A stretch of DNA of 64,000 bases, from assembly GCF_009914755.1 (NCBI RefSeq), contig NC_060940.1; one strand, given 5' to 3'. The position numbers were made by a program, and so were the translations under genes. Below, one piece after another: positions 26,846 through 38,593 of the stretch. Numbering within the stretch: position 1 is the first letter of the stretch; each line of letters begins with the position of its first letter. Under the pieces are notes generated by a model. It was not told the DNA's origin. It saw only the letters and a list, made by a program, of their open reading frames with translations, and made no database searches. Source of the stretch: the human T2T-CHM13v2.0 reference genome, Homo sapiens.

Positions 26846-28537
26846 TGTGGACTTGCTACTTTAAGAGGGTCCTGGTTAAAATGCAAGCTTCTAGGATAAG
26901 CAACGCTCCACACTCATACATCAGAACAATCTTCCTAGGAAATCTAGTTTTGCAACATTAAACAAGAAGTTATTAAAATTGGCCCCGAAAGGGTGATAAA
27001 CACAGGAGGACAAATACTACGTTTCTTAGGTCTTTTTGTTACAATCCTTGCCTGGAAAATTCTATCTTCAAAATGTTCTTTACTGTTTTCCCACCTCACA
27101 GGGATTCTCACCTACCCTGTCCTCACCTAGGCCTGCCCCTCACAGAGTAAGGACATGGTGTTCAACACGCAGTTCCAGGAGCACCCAGGGCTGTGGCAGA
27201 AAATATCCCAGAGACCCACAGAGAGCGAGAATGGCCTCAGTGGGCCAGCACGGCTGGCACCACGCAGGCGCTAACCATCAACAGACAGACCCCGGAAGCT
27301 TCTGACAACACAACAGGACCCTGGGTGAGAGCTTCTCTGCACCATGATGAAACGGCCACCACAAAGAGACCTGAGCAGCCAGATGGGGTGGGCACCAGGT
27401 AGCCCTGGGAACGCCACCTTACCAAGTGGGATCATTCTCCCAGGAAGCAGAAGCAGATGCTTGTCTCATTAACCCTTTCAGCAACACCTCCAGAGACATC
27501 ACAGAAACACCTCAAAGGTCTGAGGCCAACTCCCGCATGGCCACTGTGCAAAGAGCTAACAGCTACGTATCAACATGACGGCCTTCTACAACCAAAACCA
27601 GCATGGGGACCAAAGACGGCAAACACAGGGTTTCAGGCCTGGACTGACTTTCTCTAGGCCTAAAGCCCGAGAGTACACAGCACCGCTGGGAGCTCCAGGG
27701 AGTCACCCAGGCCCTCCCTTCTGGGGGCTGAGGTCCCTTACACAACCCATCCACACGTTCTGTCCACTCACTTCCCCGTGTCTCCCAGTGTTCTTCCTCG
27801 GAGCTGTCCGCTGCTGGGAAGAGGAGTCCTCCTGGGCCTGTGCTGGTGTCCCTGCAGCCTTCCTGTCCCCAGATGTGCTGGCCCAGAGACAGGAGCCATG
27901 TGCCTGGCACTGCACCTGCCCCTCACTTCCCATCTGGGAAAACCAGCCCTCTCTGCTGGCCTTTCACTCAGCAGAGTCTCCACCTGGCTACTGTGAGCAC
28001 ATCCCTGGAGCACCCCACATAGGACAGGAGGGGCCACAGGCCTGCGGCAGCCACACAATCATAAAGGCTGAAGCTTGCTGAGCTGTGCTGACAAAAGCTG
28101 GGGTGTGGATCCTCTTTACTGGCTGTGCCTGCTGCCGTTCCTCTTCAACAATCTCCTTCGTATCACGAGCTCTTCTCACCTGGACCACTTCCCCCATCTG
28201 CTCTCAAGCCCGCATCCTGGCACAGCCTCTACGCCTTGTGCTATGGCTGCATTCAAGAAGTCTCAGGAAGCCAGGGACAGAGCCGAGGGCCTGACTCAGC
28301 ACTCTCCCGGTTCACTCCAGGCTTTGTGGCCAGCTTAGTGCTCTACTGCCTCCAACCTTCCCCAGCAGGGCTGTAGAGAAGCTGGATGACCAGGAGGACA
28401 AGGAGGCCTCTGGACACAAGAATCACCAAAGAGCAAGCACGGCCAGCGCAGAGGCCTCTGGGCTCCCTGCAAGCAGCTCAAGACAGAATCCACTGGGAAG
28501 GTGTCACTGCAGAAGGCGCTGACCCCACCAGGAGCGT

Positions 28538-29031
28538 GTGCACATGAACACACATGGGCTTGCACACGGGCACACAGGCATGCACACATGGGCACACAGG
28601 CACACACGTACACATGGGCACACACAGGCATGCACACACACACGGGCGCATACACAGGCATGCACATGCACACACATGCAAACGCACACATGGGCATACA
28701 CACATGAGCGCACATATATACAGGCACACACAGGCACACAAAAGCATACACATACTCAGGCACACATGGGCACACATACACGGGCATAGACGGGCACGCA
28801 TACACAGGCACACATACAGGCACACACATGGGTACACACAAGCACATACACGGGCACACACATACATGGGTACATACAAGTACATACACACACGGGCACA
28901 CACACGGGCATACATACAGGCACACACATGAGGGCATGCACACAGATACACGGGCATGTGCACATGGGCACACATACACACAGGCATACACACTTGGGCA
29001 CACACTCTGGCACAGGCACACAGCACACACA
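28538..29031. repeat. Degenerate (CA)n / CATA / CAGG low-complexity tract, UG-rich on the ANKRD11 pre-mRNA
   Basis: About 490 bp of interrupted CACACA, CATACA and GGCACA. Confidence 0.95.
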
Positions 29032-29501
29032 TTCCTGCTCTGCAGCCTCAGACCCCGCCTGTGCTTGGGAAGACCTCCCTGCCTCCTGCTCACTTTTAGG
29101 GCTCCCTTTGGTTTTTACTACAAGCAATGGAGTTTCTTCCTGTGCCTTTGTGGCCCTGAGGGGAACCACTGTCTCCCTCCCGTGTCCAGCTGTCAGAAGA
29201 CCCACAGGTGAGCAGCCCCATACCTCGCCCAGGGCTGGACATGCACCGGGTGCATCTCCACGTGTGTGGGACCCAAGAGTGAAGCTCTCCAATCGGCCCC
29301 ATGGGCCTGAGCCTCGGGTGCAAAGGAGGTGGCATGTGGGGGCCTGTGCTCCGCCCCTGCTGCCTCTTGCCTGGACGGCGTGCAGGGTGCTAGAGTGCGT
29401 CCCAGTGCAAAGCCGGAGGTGCGGGGGCCAGGGACGCCCTGCCTGGGCTGCTCCGGGCTGCCTGTGGAGGGCTGACTGCAGGAGGGGCCGCGGGCTGGTA
29501 C

Positions 29502-29640
29502 CTGTGTCCGAGTCCTTCTGCTCCCCATTGGCGCCCGCGGTGAAGGGCAGCTTCCGCTTGCTGGCTCGCTCCCTCACCTCCTTCCCGCCATCGCCACGCT
29601 CCAGTTTTGGGGTCTTGGTTAGAGAAACTTTATCTTTATC
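29502..29640 (-). CDS. ANKRD11: ANKRD11 exon 4 (DKDKVSLTKTPKLERGDGGKEVRERASKRKLPFTAGANGEQKDSDT)
   Basis: Acceptor ttttctag| at 29642-29641, donor CAG|gtacca at 29501. 139 nt, joins exons 3 and 5 in frame. Confidence 0.96.
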
Positions 29641-29927
29641 CTAGAAAAGAAAGGGATGCTTTCAGTCGTGATGTCCAAATTACATTCTCAAGCTCTCAAG
29701 ATTTTGTTTCATATGCCAGGAGAAGCGCATCTCTTATTTGGGCAATGAACACCCTCCCTGCACCCCAGGGCGTGGCTGTGTGAGGCTGGTCACCGACCGC
29801 AGAACCTTCACCCAGAAGCCCGGGGTCGGGCTGTGGCTCAGCCCTGACTCTGGCCCATTTCTCATCCTGCGCACCGGAGGGACGCTCAGGAAATCGCTGG
29901 TGTGTGTGGAGAAAGCAGAGGAGACAC

Positions 29928-31238
29928 ACACGCGCTACCTCTCACTCCGCAGACACGCGCTACCTCCCACTCCGCAGACACGCGCCACCTCCCACTCCGC
30001 AGACACGCGCCACCTACCTCCCACTCCGCAGACACGCGCCACCTCCCACTCCGCAGACACGCGCCACCTCCCACTCCGCAGACATGCGCCACTTACCTCC
30101 CACTCCGCAGACACGCACCACCTCCCACTCCGCAGACACGCACCACCCACCTCCCACTCCGCAGACACGCGCCACCCACCTCCCACTCCGCAGACACGCG
30201 CCACCCACCTCCCACTCCGCAGACACGCGCCACCCACCTCCCACTCCGCAGACACGCGCCACCCACCTCCCACTCCGCAGACACGCGCCACCCACCTCCC
30301 ACTCCGCAGACACGCGCCACCCACCTCCCACTCCGCAGACACGCGCCACCCACCTCCCACTCCGCAGACACGCGCCATCTACCTCCCACTCCGCAGACAC
30401 GCGCCACCTCCCACTCCGCAGACACGCCACTTACCTCCCACTCCGCAGACACGCACCACCTCCCACTCCGCAGACACGCGCCACCTACCTCCCACTCCGC
30501 AGACACGCGCCACCTACCTCCCACTCCGCAGACACGCGCCACCTCCCACTCCGCAGACACGCGCCACTTACCTCCCCCTCCGCAGACACACGCCACCTAC
30601 TTCCCCCTCCGCAGACACGTGCCACCTCCCACTCCGCAGACACGCGCCACCTACCTCCCACTCCGCAGACACGCGCCACTTACCTCCCACTCCGCAGACA
30701 CGCGCCACTTACCTCCCACTCCGCAGACACGCGCCACCTCCCACTCCGCAGCCACGCGCCACCCACCTCCCACTCCGCAGACACGCGCCACCCACCTCCC
30801 ACTCCGCAGACACGCGCCACCCACCTCCCACTCCGCAGACACGCGCCACCTCCCACTCCGCAGACACGCGCCACCTACCTCCCACTCCGCAGACACGCGC
30901 CACCTACCTCCCACTCCGCAGACACGCGCCACCTACCTCCCACTCTGCAGACACGCGCCACCTCCCACTCCGCAGACACGCGCCACCCACCTCCCACTCC
31001 GCAGACACACGCCACCTCCCACTCCGCAGACACGCGCCACCCACCTCCCACTCCGCAGACACGCGCCACTTACCTCCCACTCCGCAGACACGCGCCACCT
31101 CCCACTCCGCAGACACGCGCCACCTCCCACTCCGCAGACACGCGCCACCTACCTCCCACTCCGCAGACACGCGCCACCTCCCACTCCACAGACACGCGCC
31201 ACCTACCTCCCACTCCGCAGACACGTGCGCTACCTCCC
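29928..31238. repeat. CpG-rich minisatellite, 25/29 bp units CCTCCCACTCCGCAGACACGCGCCA(CCTA/CTTA/CCCA), roughly 48 copies
   Basis: Highly homogeneous tandem array with interspersed 4-nt insertion variants. Confidence 0.98.
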
Positions 31239-31241
31239 AGG

Positions 31242-31423
31242 AGGGAGACGGTGCGACACACACAGCGCTTGGGACGTGGGGAGGGGGACGGTGCGACACA
31301 CACAGCGCTCGGGACATGGGGAGGGGGCAGTGTGACACACACAGCGCTCGGGACGTGGGGAGGGGGACAGTGCGACACACACAGCACTCGGGACGTGGGG
31401 AGGGGGACGGTGCGACACACACA
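31242..31423. repeat. Minisatellite, ~40 bp unit GGTGCGACACACACAGCGCTCGGGACGTGGGGAGGGGGAC, ~4.5 copies
   Basis: Tandem periodicity, directly abutting the 25/29-bp array. Confidence 0.9.
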
Positions 31424-32164
31424 CTGCCTTTCCCCATCAGTAAGCCTTCTTTCTGTAACTTTCCCTAGGTAAGCTGCCGGCAAATACCGTGCAGTGGTCA
31501 GCGAAGCCTTCAGAGCACCGGAGGCCTCAGCTGCTCCAGGGCTGAGATGCCCAACTGTTCCTGGGAGAAGCCCAAGCATCCCCAGCCACGGTCCTGCCTC
31601 CTGGGACCCTGATACATCTTCCAGCTCAGTCACTCTGCATCCACCAAACGTGCATCCACCCAACCTGCATCCACCAAACCTGACAGTTAATCTGAGACAT
31701 CCCTGAGTGACCATGAAAGAGCTTTCCAGAACATGCTGCAAGCTCAGAGTGCAACTGGAGTCAAAGAGAAGCTGCCAAGCAGACCGGAGCCCACCTCTCC
31801 AGTGAGACACGGGGACAGGAGGAGGGTGCCAGACGGGTCTCTGGGGAGACGGGGCCTCAGGAACGTAACACCCACCCCAGCAGTGCAGGTCCCTCCCGGG
31901 CCTCCGGAGTGTTAACACCCACCCCAGCAGTGCAGGTCCTCCCGGCCCTCGGCCTGGGTGCCCAGATGCAGCTCCCCCGCCGCCTGGCTGCAGCTCCACT
32001 GAGCTTTTCTATGGCCCCCTCGGAGTGCAGTCCCCACCTGGAATGAGATAGGCATCTTCCTTGGGGTCGGGGAACGCCAGGAAAGAATGGCACACACCAG
32101 CAAGAAGCTCCAATCTTAAACTCCTTCCTCCAAGAACACTCCTGGCCCAGGGGGTGGGTTCCAC

Positions 32165-32440
32165 CAGACATCTGAAGAGAGGCCACCATCACCCTAATCT
32201 CAGAACCTGATGAGGGAAAGTTTCTACCAAACATGTGAAGGTTCTACCAAACATGTGAAGAGGCCACCATCACCTTCATCTCAGAACCTGATGAGGGGAA
32301 GGTTCTACCAAACATGTGAAGGTTCTACCCAACATGTGAAGAGGCCACCATCACCTTCATCTCAGAACCTGATGAGGGGAAGGTTCTACCAAACATGTGA
32401 AGAGGCCACCATCACCCTCATCTCAGAACCTGATGAGGGC
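32165..32440. repeat. Tandem amplification (61-82 bp units, ~4 copies) inside the L1 remnant
   Basis: GAAGAGGCCACCATCACC..TCTCAGAACCTGATGAGG repeated four times. Confidence 0.9.
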
Positions 32441-33770
32441 ATTCTATGAAAAGAAAATGATAAACCAACATACCTTATGAACATAGACAGGATATATAAA
32501 AAAAGACAACACAAATGATAGGAATAAGAATAGATTCGAGAATGCAAGACATTTAAAAAGCAATGTAATTCACCACATTAAGAAAATAAAGAAAAGAAAA
32601 CCACGTGCTCATGTCAACAGCTACAGAAAAGGCCTGGGATAAAATTCCACACTGTTTGTGATGTGGGAGGAAAGCCCCACACTGATCAAGGCCTCCAGGG
32701 AGCCTGGACAGAAGGAACACTGTCCCCAGGTCCACGGTCAAGGCAAGACTGCCTACAGGCACCACCCAACAGGCACTTCACAAAAGAAAATATCCAAATA
32801 AGACAACGAACACCTGAAAAGGTGATTCTCATCAGGAAAATGCAAATGACAGCCACGAGGAGATGCACACCAGCACCCCCACCAGGACAGTTGGGAGAAG
32901 ACAGGCCCTGCAGACCCCAGCAAACGCCCGGGAGGCTTTGAGGGAGAGCTGCAGGTGCGTTTCCCATGACGTGTTCACAAACAAGCACAAGGATGTTCAA
33001 GGCAGTTTTGTTCGTAATACAAAAAAAATGACACAACTAAACTGCCCGTCCAAAGGCAAATGAACAATTCTAGAATACAAATGGAATACCGCAGGGGGTG
33101 CGCGCCGTGAGAAACGGGTGCACACCATGAGAACGGGGGCGTGCAGCATCAACACTGAGGGTGAGCGCCATGAAAATGGGGTGCGCGCAGTAAACACAGG
33201 AGGTGCGCGCAGCCTCGTGGAGGAGCCCCGTGCATGCAGTGGCAGATGCAGCGGGCAACCAAGGTGGGAACATCTGTACCCCAAAGATCAGCCCTCCTCT
33301 GGAATAAGACTGGGCTCAATCCCTTTCTTCACACATGGAAGCTTCTAGAAGACAGCACAGGAGGACATGTTCACCACCAGAAGACAAGAGAACACACACC
33401 ACACCACCATGTGACGCCACCACACGCCCAACCACACAGACGTCAGGCCCACACACTGAGCCCTGGCAGGGATGTGGATTCCCTGGTGGTTCTTGGGGCA
33501 CACTGGCTCATCGACAGAAGAGCCCACAAATGCTGGGCATGGCCACAGCCACGAAGGGAGAGAATGCCAACAGGAGCAAAATCCTGCAAGTCAGACACTG
33601 TGGAGCAACTGATGTCTCCCACGGAAATCTCAACAGCCAAAACCTACCAGTGGAGACAGAAGTCAGGGCAGAGGTGACTTTTCGAATGGGGAACATTACT
33701 GAAGGCCCCTAGCACTCCGGAATGTTGTGTATTCTCATCTGGGTGGTGATTATCCCTGGTTTTACAGATG
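32165..33770 (+). mobile_element. Old, fragmented L1 (L1M-type) ORF2/3' remnants, antisense to ANKRD11
   Basis: RT-region-like caatgtaattcaccacattaa..aaccac..acagaaaaggcc..gataaaattc, and aggcacttcacaaaagaaaatatccaaat. Confidence 0.7.
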
Positions 33771-34369
33771 AAATGCCAGCTATAATGTCTATCTATAGTT
33801 CACTTTAAAAGTTCACAAATTTCTTTTTCGCTTCCCAGCTCCTTACACCTCAACGAGCTGCGCAAGGAAAAGCACACATGGGCAAGGCGCCTGTGTGACA
33901 CGAGGCTTGCCCCGAGCTGCCTACAACAGGGAGCGTGGCACAGCCACCAGGAAGGCGGCTCCCATCCACCTGGGCTCAGAGCCTGCTGGGCAGCTGGGGT
34001 GGGACAGGCCCTGTTTCGGCCCCTCTAACCTTTCCTCACCAGCACAAGAGGACTGTCAGCAGGAACCACGTGCACATGCTACAGAATGTTCTCATTTCCT
34101 AAATGCAAATATCTCCAACATTAAATCCAATCCTTACCAGGCACCTCCTGTAAGGCCCCACTATGCCCCAAGGACCACCAGATAGTGACAGCCATGGCAC
34201 AATGACCCTGCCGGGCCCCACCAGCCTGCCGGCCACCTGGCTTCTCCTCCTTATGACACGAGGTAGGCTCTGCACATGTCATATGCAGATTCCCTATCAC
34301 ATCACGACTTCCACTCATGGGAAGCACACACAGAGGAAAGAGAAAGTTGTAGTAACTGAAAAATGGCCA

Positions 34370-35705
34370 CGTCCAGTTGACACCCTCCCCCTGGAGCTCA
34401 ATCTTTCTGGTAAGAATGAGAGTCGTGTTGTCCACTGACTGCAGCACAGAGGTGCCATCCGGTCCTTCCAGTTCCATCACCAGCTCAGCTGCCTTGGTAT
34501 CCAAACTGTCTATGTGCGGGGTCCGCCTGTGTGTGGGGTGCGGGGTCCGCCTGTATGTGGCATGCAGGGTCTGCCTGTGAGCTCTCTTCTGTTCCACTCA
34601 CCCATGGGTCTGTCCTGCTACCAAGAGGAAGCACACTACCTCATGCCTGTAGCTTTAGAGGAAGCAATGAAACTACACTGTCTGCATCCTCCAATTCTGT
34701 TCTTTCTCAAGGTGGCTTTGGTTATTCTAGGTCTTTTCAATTTCCCTATTAACTTTGGAATCGTCTTATGAATTTCTACCCAAAAAAGCCCACAGGGATT
34801 TTGGCTGGCATTACACTGAATCTGTACATCAATGTGGAGAGAGATGGCATCCAGTTTTGAGGGTTTCCTGATCTATGAATATTGTATAACTCTGCATTTA
34901 GGTGTTTCTGAATTTCTCTCAGTTCTCAGGAATATTTTGCAGCTTTCAGGGTACAGGTTTTGCAGCACATCTTCGGTCAAATTTACCCCAAAATAATCCG
35001 TATTTTTTATACTACTGCAAACATTTTTACAATTTCAGCCCTCTATTATTTACGAGTATTTAGAAATACACTTCTGCATAATGGGTTTGCACTGGAACAC
35101 CATGCTACGCTCACTGATTCTTGTAGCTTTTGTGCAGATGTCTTGGGCTTTCCTCCATCAATGTCTGTGAATAAAGACAGTGTTCCTCTTTCCTCTTCAG
35201 TCTGACTTTCGTGCTGCCTGGAGTCTGCAGGACGATGCTGACTGCAGTGGAGATGGCCAGTGTTTCTTTGTCTGTTCTCAATTTTAGGTGGAAAGAATTC
35301 AGTCTTTGACATTAAATATGATGTCAGTTGCAGGTTTTCACAGATGCTCTCTGTCAGGTTGAGGAAATTCCTCTCTATTCCTAGTTTGCAGAATTTTTTT
35401 TAAAATAATGAATGTGTGTTGACTTTTGTCAAATGTTTTTGCTGCATTAGTTGGTATGATCACATGGTGTTTTCAGTCTTATAACAACTTGAACTGATTG
35501 ATATTGGAGGTTCAACCTTGAATTCTTGGAATCAACCCTACTTGGTTGGTCATGGTACATTATTCATTTTATTTTATAAGCTGATGAATTCAATTTGCTA
35601 AAATTCTTTTTAAAATTTGTATGTTTGTGTTCATGAGGGCCATTGGTCTGTAGTTTTCTTATCCTGTAGTACCTTTGTCTGGCTTTGGTATCAGTATAGT
35701 ACTAA
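34370..35705 (-). mobile_element. Old L1 ORF2 fragment
   Basis: T-rich, with ttggttattctaggtctt, attacactgaatctgta, aggttgaggaaattcctctctattcctagtttgc and ggctttggtatcag. Confidence 0.8.
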
Positions 35706-35737
35706 CACAACAACTGTCTATCTAGATAGAAAACAAG

Positions 35738-35881
35738 AACCTCTATGTTTACCTCACACCACATACAAAACATGAACCTCTACGCTTACCTCACACCATA
35801 TACAAAACATGAACCTCTATGCTTACCTCACACCACATACAAAACATGAAAATCTATGCTTACCTCACACCACATACAAAA
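35738..35881. repeat. 37-bp tandem repeat x4 within a plus-strand L1 fragment (~35710-36030)
   Basis: AACCTCTATGCTTACCTCACACCACATACAAAACATG, running into the L1 motif aaaattaactagaaatggatcatagaccta. Confidence 0.9.
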
Positions 35882-36209
35882 ATTAACTAGAAATGGATCA
35901 TAGACCTACATCTAAGAACTAAAACTATCAAACTTACAGAACACAGGAAAAACTTCTGTGACCTTCGTTTGCCAAAGATAGGATTTTAAAAGAGAGCACG
36001 AGTTCTAGAAGAAAATATTAAATAGAATGGACCTCTATCTTGGGAGTTGGGCAAGAGTGAAGACATGGAGGCTGCTCAGAGCACCCTATACAACACTGTC
36101 TAAGGACCCAGAGCCAAGAGGATTTTCTTGGCTTTTTCTTTCTTAAAGTGGGAAGTTTTTGCTTTATTCTAATAATGAAAATCAGGAACACAGGGAAGGA
36201 CTTCCACTT

Positions 36210-36506
36210 CTTTTTTCTTCCCCGACACAGATTCTCACTCTGTCACCCAGGCTGGAGTGCGGTGATGCGATCTCAGCTCACTGCAGCCCATGCCTCCCGG
36301 GTTCAAGCAATTCTCCTGCCTCAGACTCCTGAGTAGCTGGGATTACAGGCATGCAACACCATGCCCAGATAATTTTTGTATTTTTAGTAGAGATGGGGTT
36401 TTGCCATGTTGGCCAGGCTGGTCTCGAACTCCCGACCTCGGGTGATCCTCATGCCTCGGCCTCCCAAAGTGCTGGGATGACAGGTGTGAGCCACCGCACC
36501 TGGCCA
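36210..36506 (-). mobile_element. Alu (AluS-like)
   Basis: Reverse Alu dimer with TSD acttccacttctt on both flanks. Confidence 0.93.
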
Positions 36507-37625
36507 GGAACTTCCACTTCTTAAACGTGATGTGAGAACCTGAGGAGCTCGGCGTTCACAGCATCAGGTAAGCCTCAGTGCAGACGGCATGTGGCAGAGC
36601 TGAGAATGCACAGAATGCAAATTCGCTGCTTCAGAGCTAAACCTCCAGTGGGAGGAGATGAGGACAGTGTGTTCTACAGAGAGGAATCACGCAGGGGAGG
36701 GGCGGGGCAGGGCGGAGGCAGCATGCAGGCATGTGAACTGGGTGGTGGGGGAAGCCCAACTGTCAGGTAAGCAGAAATGGTAGGAGCTGGCGGGCCACAG
36801 GCCGTGTGCTCTGAGCCCTAAGACTGGGAAGAGAAGCGGATCCAAGTCCAGCAAGCCCAGCAAGTCTGGCTTCCTCTGTGATGCTGCTCTATGTCCTTTT
36901 CTGCCTTAGTGAAAAGATGGACAGAAATCACCCTCTCCACGAGCCCATGTGGGGCCCACAGCGGTCTCAGGGGTGTGTGAGCCCAGCTTCGCCCTCCTGT
37001 GCTCTCGCCATCAGACACGGCCTCCTGCTCCTCCCGAAGCATGCGGGGGAGTTCTGGGCTCTGTTCTGAGTACAGACCCCATGCCAGACTGGCTCGTGAA
37101 ACCACAGCCTGAGGTGGGACACGCCGAGGCCCAGCCATGCGCCTCCCAGCTTCTCAGCTAAGGTCACTCTGGAATACTTATCTTGAGGGACGTAGCTCCC
37201 AGCTCCCCACCTGCAGCACTGACAAAGCTATCTTCGGGGAGGGGCCTCAGACCAGATGTGAGTCTGTAACTGGCACAGACTGGGGGGGTTTCTGCTGAGA
37301 CTCGCTGGAGGGCTCACATGCTCAGTTGTCAACTGCAGCCTCCATGCCCATGGACGCCATCTCCAGCCTCTCGGCCTCCACACAGCTCGCCAGGTCTCAG
37401 TGGGGCTGTGAATGTGGGTTCCTAACAAGCTCCAGCAGCTCAGGTGACTGCTCGTCGGAGGACACACTTTGAGAACCACCAAGTGAAGCTCAGGGGGCTG
37501 TGAGGCTGCCTGTGCTCTGAGTGGCGTGCATGGAGCACAATGAGACAGGGTGACTGTGCCATGGGGTGGGGACGACAGGGGACCCATGGGGTGGGGACGA
37601 CACTGTTCTCTGTAGCCCTGCACAC

Positions 37626-37898
37626 CTTTGGATCAGAACACACTCAACGATGCAGACACCTGCTGGTTCTTCCCGAGGCAGCTCAGCGGTTCTGGGATTC
37701 CGTGGTCGGCAATGGTGAGAGACCGTCTGCAGAAGGGGCCCTTTCTCTGACACGCCTGCCACTGTGCTCACTGGTGCAGCCAAAGGGACACGCACAAGCC
37801 GTCAGGTCAGCGCGGCATCAGGATGCACTGCAGAGTCGTGGGCTCCATTTCCATCTTCCACGTATATGTCACTGAGATCACGATTCTTTTGGAAAAAT
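37626..37898 (-). other. ANKRD11: Candidate poison exon in intron 3 (adds IFPKES* after K29); 3' end uncertain (37660 or 37626)
   Basis: atatatttttag|ATTTTTCCAAAAGAATCGTGA. Possible donors CAG|gtgtct and AAG|gtgtgc. Confidence 0.45.
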
Positions 37899-38266
37899 CT
37901 AAAAATATATTGTTTTTGATAACATAAAGCTATATCTGGAGAAAAGGGAGTTTATGGTAGAAGACTGAGCAGAAACCATTTCAGCCTGTACCAGGAGAAG
38001 GCAGGTCAGATGTGTGCACCTGAGTTCTGGCACTTGGGGCTCACTTCCTCCCTAAGGAATACAGCCTCTTCTAACAGCAGCTGCAACCAGGAGTGCGTCT
38101 TCCCAGGCATTCTATTTCAAGCTACTGTTCAAGCTAAGAAAGCTCCACCAGGCCTGAGAGCTCCCTACTCCCTGTAATGCGTTTAAAATTTGTCTGCCTC
38201 CATGAGGAAAATGCCTGGCTTTACTGTGAGTAGTTGGAAAAACAAACAAACAAACAAAACAGGACA

Positions 38267-38593
38267 GGCTGGGTGTGGTAGTTCACGCCTGTGATGCGGA
38301 AGCTGAAGGATCACTTGAGCTCAGAAGCTTGAGACCAGCCTTGGCAACATGGTAAGATCTCGTCTCTACAAAAGATACAAAAATGAGCCGGGTGTAGCGG
38401 TCTGCTCCTGTGGTCCCAGCTGCAAGGGAGGCTGAAGTAGGAGGACTGCTTGAGCCTGGGGCAGTGGGGCAGGGTGGGGGGTTATGGAGGGTGCAGAAGT
38501 TGCAGTGAGCTGAGACTCTACCACTGCACTCCACCCTGGGTGACAGAGTCAGACCCTGTCTCAAAACAAACAAACAAACAACAACAACAAAAA
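38267..38593 (+). mobile_element. Alu (AluJ-like, diverged)
   Basis: ggctgggtgtggtagttcacgcctgt..., with an (AAAC)n/(AAC)n tail. Confidence 0.9.

Noticed and set aside
28335-29644. Cys/Val- and His/Thr-rich ORFs
   Set aside because: Translations of the CA/TG tract. Only 29502-29640 is real coding sequence.
29738-31999. 477-576 aa ORFs and CRISPR-like regular spacing
   Set aside because: Pure tandem repeat without unique spacers or cas genes, in a primate intron. The ORFs cycle through all three frames of the unit.
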